A DNA stretch of 64,000 nucleotides from Octopus sinensis (taxonomy: Eukaryota). The notes beneath the pieces are model-generated. The model did no database searches. It saw only the letters and a program-made list of their open reading frames with translations, and had not been told where the DNA came from. The stretch lies in contig NC_042997.1 of the NCBI RefSeq assembly GCF_006345805.1, forward strand, positions 83,204,001 to 83,268,000, read 5' to 3'. Both the position numbers and the translations under genes were made by a program. This document shows positions 34,465 through 47,799 of the stretch, piece after piece. Numbering within the stretch: the first letter of the stretch is position 1; each line of letters starts with the position of its first letter.

Positions 34465-34805
34465 TTTTTTACTTGTTTCGACCCCGGGACTTATTCTTTG
34501 TAAACCCAGTACTTATTCTATCGGTGTCTTTTGCCGAACCGCTAAGTGACGGGGACGTAAACACACCAGCATCGGTTGTCAAGCAATGCTAGGGGGACAA
34601 ACACAGACACACAAACACACACATACACACATATATATATATACATATATACGACAGGCTTCTTTCCGTCTACCAAATCCACTCACAAGGCTTTGGTCGG
34701 CCCGAGGCTATAGCAGAAGACACTTGCCCAAGATGCCACGCAGTGGGAGACCGCCCGAACCATGTGGTTGGTTAGCAAGCTACTTACCACACAGCCACTC
34801 CTGCG

Positions 34806-34810
<5 letters not shown>
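34465..34810 (-). mobile_element. Family B SINE, tail partly deleted
   Basis: Head ATAGGCGCAGGAGTGGCTGTGTGGTAAG and body match other copies. Confidence 0.85.
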
Positions 34811-34851
<41 letters not shown>

Positions 34852-34855
34852 ATAT

Positions 34856-34899
<44 letters not shown>

Positions 34900-34903
34900 T
34901 ATA

Positions 34904-34954
<51 letters not shown>

Positions 34955-35054
34955 CCGTAATAATGAAGGGTGAAATTAATTAATTTGGAATAATTATCAA
35001 TTACACCAAGTAGTCTTCGGCATGTAAAAGCCTCATTCGAGAGAAAATTAAGTA

Positions 35055-35249
35055 ATACTAAGCAATAAAGAGTTTAGCAACGAATTGTCTTACCACATAC
35101 CGAATTTAGAAATAGCAGTCAAAAAGTTATAGCTATTTCTTCTACTAAGAAATAGCTATAGTAGAAGAAATAGCTATAACTTTTTGACTGCTATTTCTAA
35201 ATTCGGTATGTGGTAAGGCAATTCGTTGCTAAACCCTTATTGCTTAGTA

Positions 35250-35250
<1 letters not shown>
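35055..35250. repeat. Fold-back palindrome, arms about 92 bp, 11-nt spacer copied from arm sequence
   Basis: Arms 35055-35147 and 35159-35250; spacer AGAAATAGCTA recurs in the arms. Confidence 0.9.
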
Positions 35251-35301
<51 letters not shown>

Positions 35302-36035
35302 TATATATTCAAAATACAATTACTATCATTATAGACATCTACACCACAAACTTTTACACATGCACTCACATAGCGCACATACATACATACATACATACAA
35401 CATACATCATACATACATACATACATACATACATACATACATACATACATACATTAATATACACTCATACTCGGATGGGCCTATGCATGCGCGATAATAG
35501 ATTTTTGTAATATTATTTAATATTATTTTACATACTGTGATAAGCTCGAATAGGCAAACTCGGGGTCAGTAATCTGAGTTTCAGAGGAAATCTGAAATCA
35601 TATATCATACTTCAGTTTGTTTTTTCTTGTTTTTACTTATTACAAATGTGTTACAGTTAGGATTGTAATATATATTTATATATATTTATATATATTCCCC
35701 GGGGTAAAGATGTTCTATTTAAACGCCTTATTACTCTGATATATAAAAAAAAGCAATTTCGTTATAACTCCCACAAAAGGTGTATTTTGACCTTTACATT
35801 TTGGGGAAAAAATGCGGATTATCCTCGAGGGTTTACGGTAATCGATTTTGAAAAGTTTAAATGTAGTCGCTCGGCTGTGAGGTCGAGTGGCTTCGTTCCA
35901 TTTTTCATTTTCATTGTATAATTCATCCTTTTTCATTCGTTTGGTTTGTCTCCATTTTTGTGTTTGTCCGTGTATTCCCTCCATGTTTAGCCCCTTGTGG
36001 GCAATAAAGAAATCGAAATTTACCAAGGAGGACGT

Positions 36036-36120
36036 CATCCTAATGAAGGGGACATTACATATATGTAGTATTTGATTTTTAACCATGACCGGTAATGTAC
36101 CCTTGAAACGGCCGTAGATG
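36036..36120 (+). ncRNA. Type I hammerhead remnant with G5A core substitution
   Basis: CATC-CTAATGA-AGGGGACATTAC...GTAATGT(A)CCCTT-GAAA-CGGCCG-TA-GATG; 12-bp stem II and palindromic stem III. Confidence 0.65.
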
Positions 36121-37299
36121 GAACATCCTCCAATTTTGGGGTCCTATTTTATTTGTTTTTTTAACCTTGATATCTAATCTAATTTCTATCCTATATTTTA
36201 TATGTATAAGTGATTTTTAGACGATTTAGTCGGTTTGCCATTTAAAAGATTGACGCTTTTATTCCTATATTTATCAACCTCTCATTTGTTTTACACCTCC
36301 TATACTCACCACGCATAACTCCTTACATGTAATATATATTTACATATAATTTTATGTATTTTTATATATTTTTCTATTTCTTCTATATTTTTATGTTGTT
36401 TGGTTTTAATCTTTATACTCTTGGAGAATCTTCATACCTGTACCTGCATGAGTTATGTTGAGGTGTATAAATATATATGATTCAACTACTTTGGTTGAAT
36501 GTTTTCATTTATACGTTCGGGAATCTGACTGCCTAAAATTTGCGTTTCAATTTTCTCTACCCTATATTTTTTCGCATTGGCTCCCTATGTGCACTCCGTA
36601 AACAACCCATACATTTTAAAACATATCTAATGTGTGTGTGTGTGTGTGTGTGTGTGTGAGTCATTGTGCCTGTCTTTGTCCGCCACTGCCGCTTGACAAC
36701 CGACATTGGTATGTAACTTAGCAGTTCAACATAAGAAACCGATAGATTAATGACCAGACTTTAAAAAAAATAAGTCCTGGGATCGATTTCTTCGACTAAA
36801 ACCCTTTAAAGTGGTGCCCCAGCATGATCGCAGTCTAAAAACTTAAACAAGTAAAAGATAACATACACACACACACACACACACACGCACACACACGCAC
36901 GCACACACACACGCACACACACACACACACACACACATGCACATGTATATAAATTGAGGAGGAGAGAGAGGGAGAGAGAGAGCGCGTGATGAACCGTGAG
37001 TGACTGTTTTTCATTTTCTTTTGGAGATTTTTCTTTCCTAAAACAACCTTATAGAAAAGATTCGCGACACTTTGATGAGAAAGCCTGTGTTGAGTGAAAA
37101 TGGCGAAGTAGCTACATGTCCCAACGGATTTTCATTTTCTAGTCTTTCTCATAATTAGAGCCCAAAGGAACTAGTGACAGTTTGCGTCGGCGCAAACAAA
37201 AAATATTGAAGTTAATTAAGTCTGTGAAGTTTATGACTTAATCTAAGATTTTCGACTTAAATTTAGATATTGGAAAGCTATGTAAATAAAGTAATATAT

Positions 37300-37635
37300 T
37301 CTTTCTAATTTGGGTGCAAGGCTAGCAATTTTAGAGATGGATGTGGAAGACAAAGCGATTTCATCGACCACGGTGCTTGACTGGTACTTATTTGATCGAT
37401 ACCCCCAGAACGTAAATATTGCTTTCAAATTTTAGCACAAGGCTAGCAACATCGGGGGAGCGGGGAGCCGATTACAACGACCCCAGTACTCAACTGGCAG
37501 TTATAGTATCGACCCCGAAAGGATGAAACGAAAAGTCGACCTCTGCGGAATTTGAACTCTGAACGTAAAGACAGACGAAACGCCGCTAAGCTTTTTGCTC
37601 AGCGTGCTTACGATTCTGCCAGATCACCGCCTTAA
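37300..37635 (-). mobile_element. Two tandem family A SINE copies
   Basis: Core ATCGACCCCGAAAGGATGAAA...GTCGACCTC.GCGGAATTTGAACTC and head remnants. Confidence 0.8.
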
Positions 37636-38244
37636 AGTAAATGTACTTGAAGGCATTATAAAACCAAGAAGAGGAAGAAACTCACTGAAAAGTCTTGAAT
37701 TATGCATGTGTCACTTGGAGTAGCTAATATCATATTATATTTAAAATTTTAGCAATTAATTTGTTAGTAATTTGTTTCATGAATTTTCACATCGTAAACA
37801 TGAAATAGAGGCTGAGATATGTTAAACATAAATAATTTCTATATAGTTTGTAATAGAAATATTTTAGATAGCGAGCTTAATCTATCTTGCGACGCTAAGT
37901 ATACCACTAATCATGTGGAGAAAAAAGTCAGAAGAAACATATATTAATTTGGGAGGGTAAAGTAGCAATAGATATATAATGAGCATTAAATCAGCGGTCC
38001 TGTTTCTCTTTTTCTGCTTCAAATTTATGTTTATAAAACCAGTTTCATAGTATACAAGTACTTGTGTACTTTTCAGGCCCTATGAATTACTGCTTCCTAA
38101 TTCAATTTTCGTACCCTAAAAATTTAGACATGCCTATATATTTTACTAAACAGCATTAAGCCTCATGAAATGTATGCATTTATGTCTTCGTTTTGCATCT
38201 AATTTTGGTGCACGCAATGTTATAAAATGCCTGAAGGATAATAA

Positions 38245-38362
38245 TGATAATAATAATAATAATAATAATAATAATTAGAAGAAGAAGAAGAAGAAGAAGA
38301 AGAAGAAGAAGAAGAAGAAGAAGAAGAAGAAGAAGAAGAAGAAGAAGAAGAAGAAGAAGAAA
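38245..38362. repeat. (TAA)n-(GAA)n compound microsatellite
   Basis: Directly visible. Confidence 0.95.
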
Positions 38363-39260
38363 AAGAACTGCGTTGTATACAAACATTGCCTTTATACATT
38401 GCAGCTTTGACTTGAGTAGGCTAGAATAGAATTGTTTATTTACGAAAATGAATGATGAAAATCATCTATGTGTGCGAAACATTATCTCTGCAGATGGAAA
38501 TCTACAGGTGGTGACGCCATTCACTGAATAATGTAATTATACAAAAGCATGCCCTAATAGCCTGTAGTATATATTGCCCAAAACGTACAAAACATAAAAA
38601 CGACAATGTTAATTCAAATAAAGTAATGCAGTATTGCTTTCTAAAGCTAATAAAACAGAATAAGACATGGAATATTATTGACCGTTTAAAAACCAGTCAA
38701 GCTTACTCTTCCCCAAAAAATCTACAGTATGTTTAATCATTAAAGATAGTAACAACATTAAATAACATGTTGGTAATGGAGGAAATATGTCAATGAGAAT
38801 TATGTCCAGGTAAACGATGCATAGTGATGGGAAACGGAGAGTTAATTAAAAGTATGCTTTGAAGACCAGCAGAGAAAAATGCTCCTACATTTCAAGATAA
38901 TCTTCTAGTCAAACACTTTAAAACACTAGATCATTGAAAGATATGTCTAAAGGAATGCTCAAACAAATAACCATGGGTTACTGTAGCTTTGCTTCAAAAT
39001 TCTGTGTCCCAGAATTAGTTATCAGTTTCAGTGAAATCAGACATTTTTTTTTTTAAATCCATTTTATTTATGTTTATCATATTTAATGTGTTAAAAGTAG
39101 ATACATTTTTTATTTTGTTTATAATTTTATTTTCATTTCTGTGAGACCCCTTGTGATGAGAATCACGACACCCCCTTGTGAGAAATACACTGGACCGAAC
39201 TATTATAAATAGTGGCGATCGGCGTGAAGTTTGCATGTTCTAGTTGAGTTAGCAGTGAAG

Positions 39261-41283
39261 GGTGCTTGCTGCCATGATTAAAACGATTTCTTCGCTTGAA
39301 TTCACTCTACGTATTGTTGTTTAAATTGGCCTAGTGTTCTTTGAACACTGGCTTTCGCTGCCTTGCGGCAGGCTAGTTGTGCTTTCCCTCCTCATAGAAG
39401 AGGATAAGCCAAGTAAAAAATGGAAGAAATCAGCTCAGCAGAAAATAGCTACACTGAGGTGTCCGACTCTGAGCAGTTGGACACTTCGTGGGTCAAAAGG
39501 AATGAAAGAAGCTTCGCAGGAGTGACTAAAGTGTCAGAAAATAATGTGGATGTGAAAAGTGGAAGAAATACTCCAAAATGATGAAAAAGGACGGAACAAA
39601 GGTGGACATAAACGCGTCAATTGATAAAATACCGAGATGTACGGTAGTGTATAAAACACACTCAGTGGCCGAAGGAAGAATTAAAGAGATGACGACGACC
39701 CAAGTGGAGAAGGTACTAAGGCCTGTAAGGAAGGATATTAGGTATTTAACAAGAGGCAGTAAATTTGGTACAATTAAAGTCCAATTTAATGATGTAGGCA
39801 GTGCAAGTTTGAACTCGTCAACAATATTAAAGAACGAGGAAGTAGTGATGTTACCAATATATAGTAGAAGGAGTGCCAGAAGGGTTAACGTAGAGGGAAT
39901 CACCCCGGACGTCAACGTGGCCTGGATAGTAACTGCAGTCTTGCTTGGTAACAAGGAAGAAATGGAGGCTCTCCAGGCCACCAAAACGGAAGCAAGGAAC
40001 TGGAAAGGGCAATCCTTAAATATGGTGATATGGGTACCGAATGATGTAATACAAGAGTTGCCGGAAACAATAGTGTTAGAAGACACAACAATGGTAGCCA
40101 GAGTAGAGGACAGGATACCCAGATGCTACAAGTGTTGCCAGAAAGGTCACATTAGAGTAAACTGCCCTCTATAAGGAAAAAAGGAAGAACCGGTAAGAGA
40201 AAAGGAGAAAATAATACCATCAGCAGAAATAGAAAAGAAGTAAGCGGAACAGAAGGCGAATGGGTGACACCAGGGAAGAAAAGGAAGAGGAAAAGGAGGA
40301 AACCAGGTAAAATAAATACTGAAATCCACCCCACCCAACTCCCACCTACACCCTCTTCTTCCCATCCGTTCCCTACAGACTCTGAACCTACCTGCCTCCC
40401 TCCAACACGAAAACAAACACAGTCAAACACAAATAATTCAACCTCCCCTCCCCCGGAAAAAAAGGAAGAAAGGAAACTATGTAATGATGTATGATAACCC
40501 AAATAAAAATTTGTATTAAGAAATAAGAAAGTGGAAGGACATTAGAGCGGTGGACACTCGCAAGTTCAACAACGTGCAAGGGTGGCATGGCTGCCTGTTG
40601 TTGGACGAGAACCAAAGGGAGAAAGTTCTAAAATTCAAAAAAGGATTTACAATATGACAAGTCGATCTGGACACTCAAAATTTGCCAGGAAATATGAACT
40701 ACACGTTTCTACTGCAAGAGTACGGGGTGGATATTTTAGAAGGCTCTGGATTCAAAAGGAAAAATGAACAGAGATGCAAGAGTGGCTGTATGGTAAGTAG
40801 TTTGCTTACCAACTACTCTAGCCTCGGGCTGACCAATGCCTTGTGAGTGGATTTGGTAGACGGAAACTGAAGGAAGCCCGTCGTATATATGTATATATAT
40901 ATATGTGTGTGTGTATGTTTGCGTGTCCGTGTTTGTCTCCCTAGCACTGCTTGACAACTGGTGTGTTTATGTCCCCGTCACTTAGCGGTTCGGCAAAAGA
41001 GACCGATAGAATAAGTACTAGGCTTACAAAGAATAAGTCTTGGGGTCGATTTGTTCGACTAAAGGCGGTGCTCCAGCATGGCCACAGTCAAATGGCTGAA
41101 ACAAGTAAAAGAGTAAAAGAGAGGTAAAAATGAAGTAACTCAGAGGTGGGGCTGAGGATTCCATTTCTCATCTTCATTTTATCATTCATTATAACATACG
41201 TATATTTTCTTTTATTTGTTTTGTGTCCCCACGTCTTTGTGTTGTCCCCTCTGTGTTGGCCCCTTGTGGGTAATAAAAAAAAG
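39261..41283 (+). mobile_element. ORF1-only LINE-like element (L1/Tx1-like ORF1 with CCHC knuckle, no RT), 19-bp TSD, nested family B SINE at about 40776-41122
   Basis: TSD AGTTGAGTTAGCAGTGAAG at 39242-39260 and 41284-41302. Disrupted ORF1 from ATG 39420, continuing in ORF 39578-40174 and ending CYKCCQKGHIRVNC. 3' tail GTCCCCTCTGTGTTGGCCCCTTGTGGGTAATAAAAAAA. Confidence 0.7.
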
Positions 41284-41302
41284 AGTTGAGTTAGCAGTGA
41301 AG

Positions 41303-41498
41303 TCAGAAGGTTGGTTAGTTCGTCTGGAATATTGATTGTTGGTTCATGAAGAGATTGATAGATTGTTACATTGTTGTTATGGTTACATTGTTATCTTGTT
41401 TATTGTTACAACATTGATACAATGTATCAAAACCATCCGTCACAATATCGTGGCGGCACCACGACATTGGAAACGGAGGATTCAACATCTGGCGACGA
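41303..41498 (+). mobile_element. 3' part of a Gypsy 5' LTR plus primer-binding site (the 5' part with TATAAATA lies at about 39190-39260, split off by the insertion)
   Basis: The LTR ends ...TTCAACA (41487) and is followed by TGGCGACGA (41490-41498), a typical Gypsy PBS. Confidence 0.65.
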
Positions 41499-41499
41499 A

Positions 41500-43558
41500 T
41501 GTTTCATAGCTCACGTAGGTTATTTAACAATTTGTTCATGATACTTGTTAAATGGTGGAAGACCTATTAGCTTCTATAATACAGTTGCAAAAGCAACAAC
41601 AAGAACAGCAATAGGAATCGCAGAAGCAACTAGTACAGCAACAGCTACAACAACAACAATTATTGGAGCTATACACAAAGAAGTCCGAAAATGCAGTAAG
41701 TTCATTTTCGCGAGACGGCGTATCGGACTGCATAACAGAATTCAATTAGAACCCAGAAGAGGGTATAACTTTTGCAGCGTACTACAGAAGGCACGAGAAG
41801 ATTTTTAAGGAAGATTCCAAAACATGGTCGGGCGAAGAAAAAGTAAGGTTATTATTACGTAACTTAGCTCCGTTTGAGCATGAACGATACTGTAATTTTA
41901 TATTGCCCAAAAGCTCTAGTGAAATTTGTTTTCAAGAACCAATCAAATTACTGTCTAATATGTTCGGTGATAAAACTTCTCTACTTAACACTCGAATGGA
42001 GTGTTGGAATTTGACTAAAAAAGAGGACGATGACATTACTACGTATGCAGGAACAGTCAACAGAATGTGTGAAAGTTTTAAATTTAAAGAACTTACTCCT
42101 GAGATGTTCAAGTGCCTCATTTTTGTACAAGGCCTTACAGCAAATGAAGATACAGAAATACGGGCAAGAATTCTTTCAAAACTTGAACAAACGAACCAAG
42201 ATTTAACCCGGCAGACTGTTGCAGAAGAGTGTCGAAGGATGGTGAAATTCAAACATGGTGTTAGAAAAAAAATCAAGGAAAGGATTTCTCAAAAATACAG
42301 ATATGTCGACCGAAAAAGTATAACCAAAGAAGATTGCTAGGTCCTAATCCGTGTTACAGATGTGGAGGCCTACATTTCAGAAAAGATTGTCCTTTTAAAA
42401 ACCAAAAATGTTACAGCTGTAAAACAATTTGGACACAAGAGTTCTCACTGCTGAACAAAAGTATGAAGGTAAATGTAAAAACGTCTAAAGTGCTCTCAGT
42501 AGAAAGTAAAATCGACTCCCAAATAAGGAAATTTGTACACGTAAAAGTAAACGGAGTAAATATTAAATTACAACTGGATACTGGTAGTGACATTTCAATC
42601 ATCAACACCGACACGTGGAAGAAAATAGGGAAAATCATGTCAAGAAAAACAGCGAAAACTGCACGTGTTAAACTACACTTTGTAGGCGAAATGTGGAATG
42701 ACGTCACATTTCGAGGAAATACTTGCAAGGCGAAGGTATTCGTAATAAAGAGTGCTACCAATCTGTTTGGTACCGACTGGTTGGAGTTATTTGATTTATG
42801 GGATCTCACCATAAGTTTCTACTGCAAAAACATAATTGGCTGTCCCTCTAAAACTAAGCCGTCTGAGGAATTGAAGAGAAAATTTAAAAAGTACTGTCGG
42901 ATGAGTTAGGTCTACGTAAAAAGACTGAAGCGTGTTTTCAATTGAAGGAAAACGCTGTGCCAGAATTCAAATCTAATAGAAAAGTACCGTTCGCTGCAAT
43001 AAAAAATGTAAATGAATAGTTAGAAAGACTGGAAAAATGTGGAATTATTTGAAAAGTGGATTACTCTAAATGGGTAGCAACTACTGTGTGTATATAAAAA
43101 AAATAACAAAATTAGGCTGTGTATCGATTTTTCTACGAGCCTGAATGGCGGTTTAAAGACATATCACTTCCTACTCTTGAAGATATTTTTGCAAAATTAA
43201 ATGGTGGCAAAATATTCTCGAAATTAGATTTGTCTGAGGCGTATCTGCAAATAAAGATTGACAAAAGAATGCTCAAAGCTTCTAACAATAAATACACACA
43301 AAGGATTGTACAGATATAATAGACTGTCTTTTGGTCTGAAGGTCGCACCCGCAATATTTCAGCAGGTTATAGATGCGGTGTTGGCGGACTGTCAATTCGT
43401 AATTCTATACCTTGATGACATATTGATTAAAAGTAATACGCGTGATTAGCATGTTGGGCATATAAAAGTTGTGGTTGAAAAAATAAGAGACTACAGGTTA
43501 ACTTTGAGTGAGGAGAAATGTGAGTTCTTTTTGCCAAAAATCAAATACTTAGGGTAAA
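41500..43558 (+). pseudogene. Ty3/Gypsy (Mag-like) gag-protease-RT remnant, frameshifted and truncated
   Basis: Gag FKCLIFVQGL...IRARILSKLE; knuckle CYRCGGLHFRKDC; protease LDTG; RT FSKLDLSEAYLQI, HKGLYRYNRLSFG, YLDDILI. Confidence 0.9.
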
Positions 43559-43561
43559 TTA

Positions 43562-45255
43562 CACTGGGCAACAAAAAATGTTTTTCATTATATTATTTTA
43601 ACTTTTTCAGCTGATTTAGGATAATTTTAGGGTGCTGAATCCGAATCAGACATCGGTTTTTAGACAGCACTTGTAGTTTTTTTAGTTATTTACAGTATCA
43701 TATTTTCCAATTAATATTGGTAAGGTATTAGGCTATTTGCTTTCGATTTTCATTCATATACCCAACACTGAAACAAACATAAGTGCTGATAGAGGGAAAT
43801 GTAGGCTACCTGTTAAATTGCCACACAAGATGAGAATTTATTTTACTTTGTTATTGATGTAATTATAGTAAAGTTCACCTCACAGTATGCTATTGATATT
43901 AGGTTATAATAAGCCTCTCAGACTCCCTTTTCTTGATAACACAACAAAGTACACCAAATAAGAGAGTCAGGTTATATGAAAAGTAGTTTAGTAGTAAGCT
44001 TAGTTATTTATTAAAGTGATCAATGTTTGAAATTTAGAGATGGAATAAACTGTTTCGTGATAGCCATAGCTTCAGTACATTCTATAATATTTTATAATAA
44101 TTCTATAATATTCTATAATAATTTCAATGATTATTATTTCTTTTTATTTTGAGAAATATATTTTGATGTTTTACAGAAACATTTACAGTTATATTTTAGT
44201 TTACTGATAAGCTTCCATGAGTGCTGATTTAGGTTTTTTTTACTGTATGTATTTGTGATGAGCAGAAAAGTTTGTATTAATCTCCCGGACAGCTTTTGTT
44301 ACGTGTGTGGAAAACTTACATCAAAAGATCAGAGAAATAAGCTTACAAAGAAATTTTTAAATGCTTACAAGCTTTACTTTGGGTGCAAAGTTGGGGTCAA
44401 GATAAACTATGGACGCCTCATGTTTGTTGCAAAAACTGCTACACCAATGGCTGAATGGTAAACGGAAAAGTATGACATTTGCGGTACCAATGATATGACA
44501 CGAACCAACAAATCACTATACCGATTGTTATATCTGCTTAACTAACATTACACATTTCTCTAAGAAAAACAAATCCAAAATTGTTTATCCAGATTGCCCT
44601 TCACCTTTAAAACCAGTTGCTCATACTGCTGAAAATATTCCAATTCCAGAACCTCCTTCATCTTTTGACAAAGATAGTTTGAAGGCATGCCGAGTGTTAC
44701 TGCAGATCACTGTGATGAACCAGGGTCTTCAAAAAAGTTCCTTATTTATTAAATCAACTTGAGTTAAATGATTAACTTAGACTTGGGTTTAACAAATGAA
44801 AAGTCAGAACTAATAGGCTCCAGGTTGAAACAATGGAATCTTTTACACGATAGAGTAAAATGCTCGTATTTTCGAAAACGGCGTACAGAATTGCGTGATT
44901 TTTTAATGGACAAAAACGGTATTTGTTTTTGATGTAATGTTGAAGGACTCCTACATGATATGGAGTACGGCCATAATCCTGAAGAATGGAGTCTTCATAG
45001 ATTCCAGCAAAGCAAGCCTAAAAGCTGTTTTGCTGCATAATGACAATCAAAAACCCTCAATACCACTAGCACATGCTGTAGGATTAAAGGAAACTTATGA
45101 ATCAATGGATAAAATTTTACTCTTGATTAAATATTCTGAGTGGAATATATGGGGGACTTGAAAGTTATTGGTTTGCTTCTTGGGTTGCAAATGAGGTATA
45201 CAAAGCATCAGTGCTTTTTGTGCCTTTGGAACAGCAGAGATGACAAGCATCACTA
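43562..45255 (+). mobile_element. Chapaev3-like (CMC) DNA transposon remnant inserted into the Gypsy RT
   Basis: Terminus TTA|CACTGGGCAACAAAAAA; FCYVCGK...YFGCKVG...PHVCC (Chapa-like zinc finger); FAVPMI-HEPTNHYTDCY; FIDSSKASLKAVLLHN; DLKV. The superfamily call is from memory of these motifs; the right end is not seen. Confidence 0.65.
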
Positions 45256-45984
45256 CGTGTGTGTGTGTATCGATACAGCACTACTGTATAATTAAATCAG
45301 CAAATATGTTTATTAAGTTTTATTGTCTTAACTTTTCTTACTGGAAATAATGAAATAATTCAATGGCGCTGCATAGGTCATGAGAACTGATATAAAAAAA
45401 CTCTTCTCTTTACGGTTGAAGTATCACAATCTCCCAGAGAAACCTAGTAACTTCCATAGGAACGTAATTCAGTAAATGATATGTTATTCAATTATTCAAG
45501 ATTCTTACATTCGTACGTTTATAGGTCTCGAGGAACAGAATCCGTTAATTAATATGTAATTTAATGATTTAAAATACGGAAATTCAGTTTTCATACCCTT
45601 TTTTCTAGGAACGTATCCGGTCTGAAACATGGTGTCTGTCTGTATTCTAACCACCTGCTTCTTGCTAAAATATTCTCAATTCGATGTTGTACAGGATGGA
45701 AATCTCGTTCTGAACCAGACATTTATATGCCTAAAGTACACTGGCGTTTCTCCTAACAGTGAAAGAGGTCAGAGAAATGCAATCGTCACAAAACTTTGGT
45801 CGGCCCGAGGCTATAGTAGAAGACAGTTGCCCAAGGTGCCACACAGTGGGACTGAACCCAGAACTATGTGGTTGGGAAGCAAGTTTCTTACCACACAGCC
45901 ATATATATATATAGAGAGGGAGAGATGTACAAGGGTGTATGTGTGTCTATGTCTACTATGTAGTGTAATAGTAATTCAAATTTT

Positions 45985-47190
45985 GTCACAAAGATAACTG
46001 TTATTAGTGAGGGGTTAGTCGATATCATCGATCCAGTACACGACTGGTACTTATTTTATCCGCCCCGTAAGTACGAAAGGCAAAGTTGATCTCGACGTGA
46101 ACGAAAATATCTAGAAGAAATATCACAAAACATTTTGTCCGGTACGCTAATGATTCTACTCGCTCACCTCCTTTGCAATGACTTAATAATCCTTTCTACT
46201 TTAGGCACAAGGTCTGAAATTTTAGGGGCGGGAGCAACTCGATTACAAGGAACTCCAGTACTCAACTGGTATTTATTTTATTGATCCCGAAAGGATGAAA
46301 GGCAAAGTCGACCTCGGCGGAATTTGAACACAAAACGTGAAGCCGGAAGAAGTGCCGCTACGCATTTTGTCCGGCGTGCTAACGATTCTGCCAGTTCGTT
46401 ACCTTTGCAATGAATTGATATAATGGTTTCAAATTTTGGCTTAAGGCCACCAATTTCAGAGGAGGAGTAAGTCGATAACATTAACTTCAGTGTTCAGCTG
46501 GTACTTATTTTATCGACCCCGAATGGATGAAAGTCCACCTAGGCACCATTTGAACTCAGAACACCGCCTTCACAGTGAGTTGATAATAATAGCATAATAT
46601 ATCGCTTACAAAAATATAGAGAGGTTGCAGTTAGTAATTTTTAAAAATTACCATTTCCAGAGAAACCTACTGAGAGTAACTTTTCACGTGACATCAAACT
46701 ATAAGTGGGTTTAAAATATAACTTCTTGCAAATTTTGATTATTAGAAATAGTTCTGTTTAACATGTCTACAATATTAAGTAACTGTATTGTACCGAATCA
46801 AGTGAAGAGTGAATATGACAGTCTAGTCTAATGTGCTTGTGTCCATAGATAAAAGAACACTGAGTTATTATCCATATGTCTGATTTAAAATTACTCTAAT
46901 ATCAGATGATTAAGTTTTCCTATGCGATGTCATAGGTCTGAATAGGTTGAAATATTTAATCTGTCAGTTGAATATTCTTTTCTACCCTAGGTACAAGGCC
47001 CGAAATTTTTATGGGAGGGAGCCAATCGATTAGATCGACCCCAGTACGCAACTAGTACTTAATTTATCGACCCCGAAAGGATGAAAGGCAAAGTCGACCT
47101 CGGTGGAATTTGAACTCAGAACGTAAAGACGGACGAAATACTGCTGAGCATTTTGCCCGGCTTGCAAGCGATTCTGCCAGCTCGCCCCCT
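45985..47190 (-). mobile_element. Cluster of four family A SINE copies
   Basis: Repeated GCACAAGG...ATCGACCCCGAAAGGATGAAAGGCAAAGTCGACCTCGG.GGAATTTGAAC. Confidence 0.85.
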
Positions 47191-47799
47191 TAATTTGGCA
47201 GTTGAATATTATTAAGTAAAATGTCGAAAATCTGCTGAGAAAGTGGGTTTTTTTTTTATTTTGTATAAAACATTTTATTTTACAAGATTATTAAATAATT
47301 TCTTGTATGCCGCACGATACAAGCAACAAATGATGCAAAATTCTCAGCCACAATCGATAAATCTAAATGTTTCATTTTTATCAATTGCCAATACAAAGAG
47401 TACTATACAGTATTTTATGTATAACCAGAAACTTCTTATAATGTTACTTCTGCTGCTGTAGTTTTGGCTTATTGTCTTAATCAACATCAGTACAAACAGC
47501 CAAAGTAACTTCCCCACTCTTCTGTTTTCTTCTGTTACTCAGTCAAATCAACCGATGAGTATTAATTTCCGTAAACCATCACTTGACAACTAGAAACGTC
47601 CTTTGCAAACAGTTTATTTCACTGCTTTTGATTTCATTCATTATAATTAAATCTACGATCGTACATGTATTTTTTTATTTTCTGTGCAATGTACATTGAA
47701 CATTCCAAGTTACACCATGTTAGGAGTAAAGGAAATGCATTTTTAACAGAAAGATTTTGTAATTGCAAGAAGAAATTGTCGGTACTTTGACAAATATCA

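Noticed and set aside
39526-40086. 186-aa minus-strand ORF (likewise 42411-42812, 2388-2693 and 5042-5356)
   Set aside because: Antisense shadows of transposon ORFs on the other strand.
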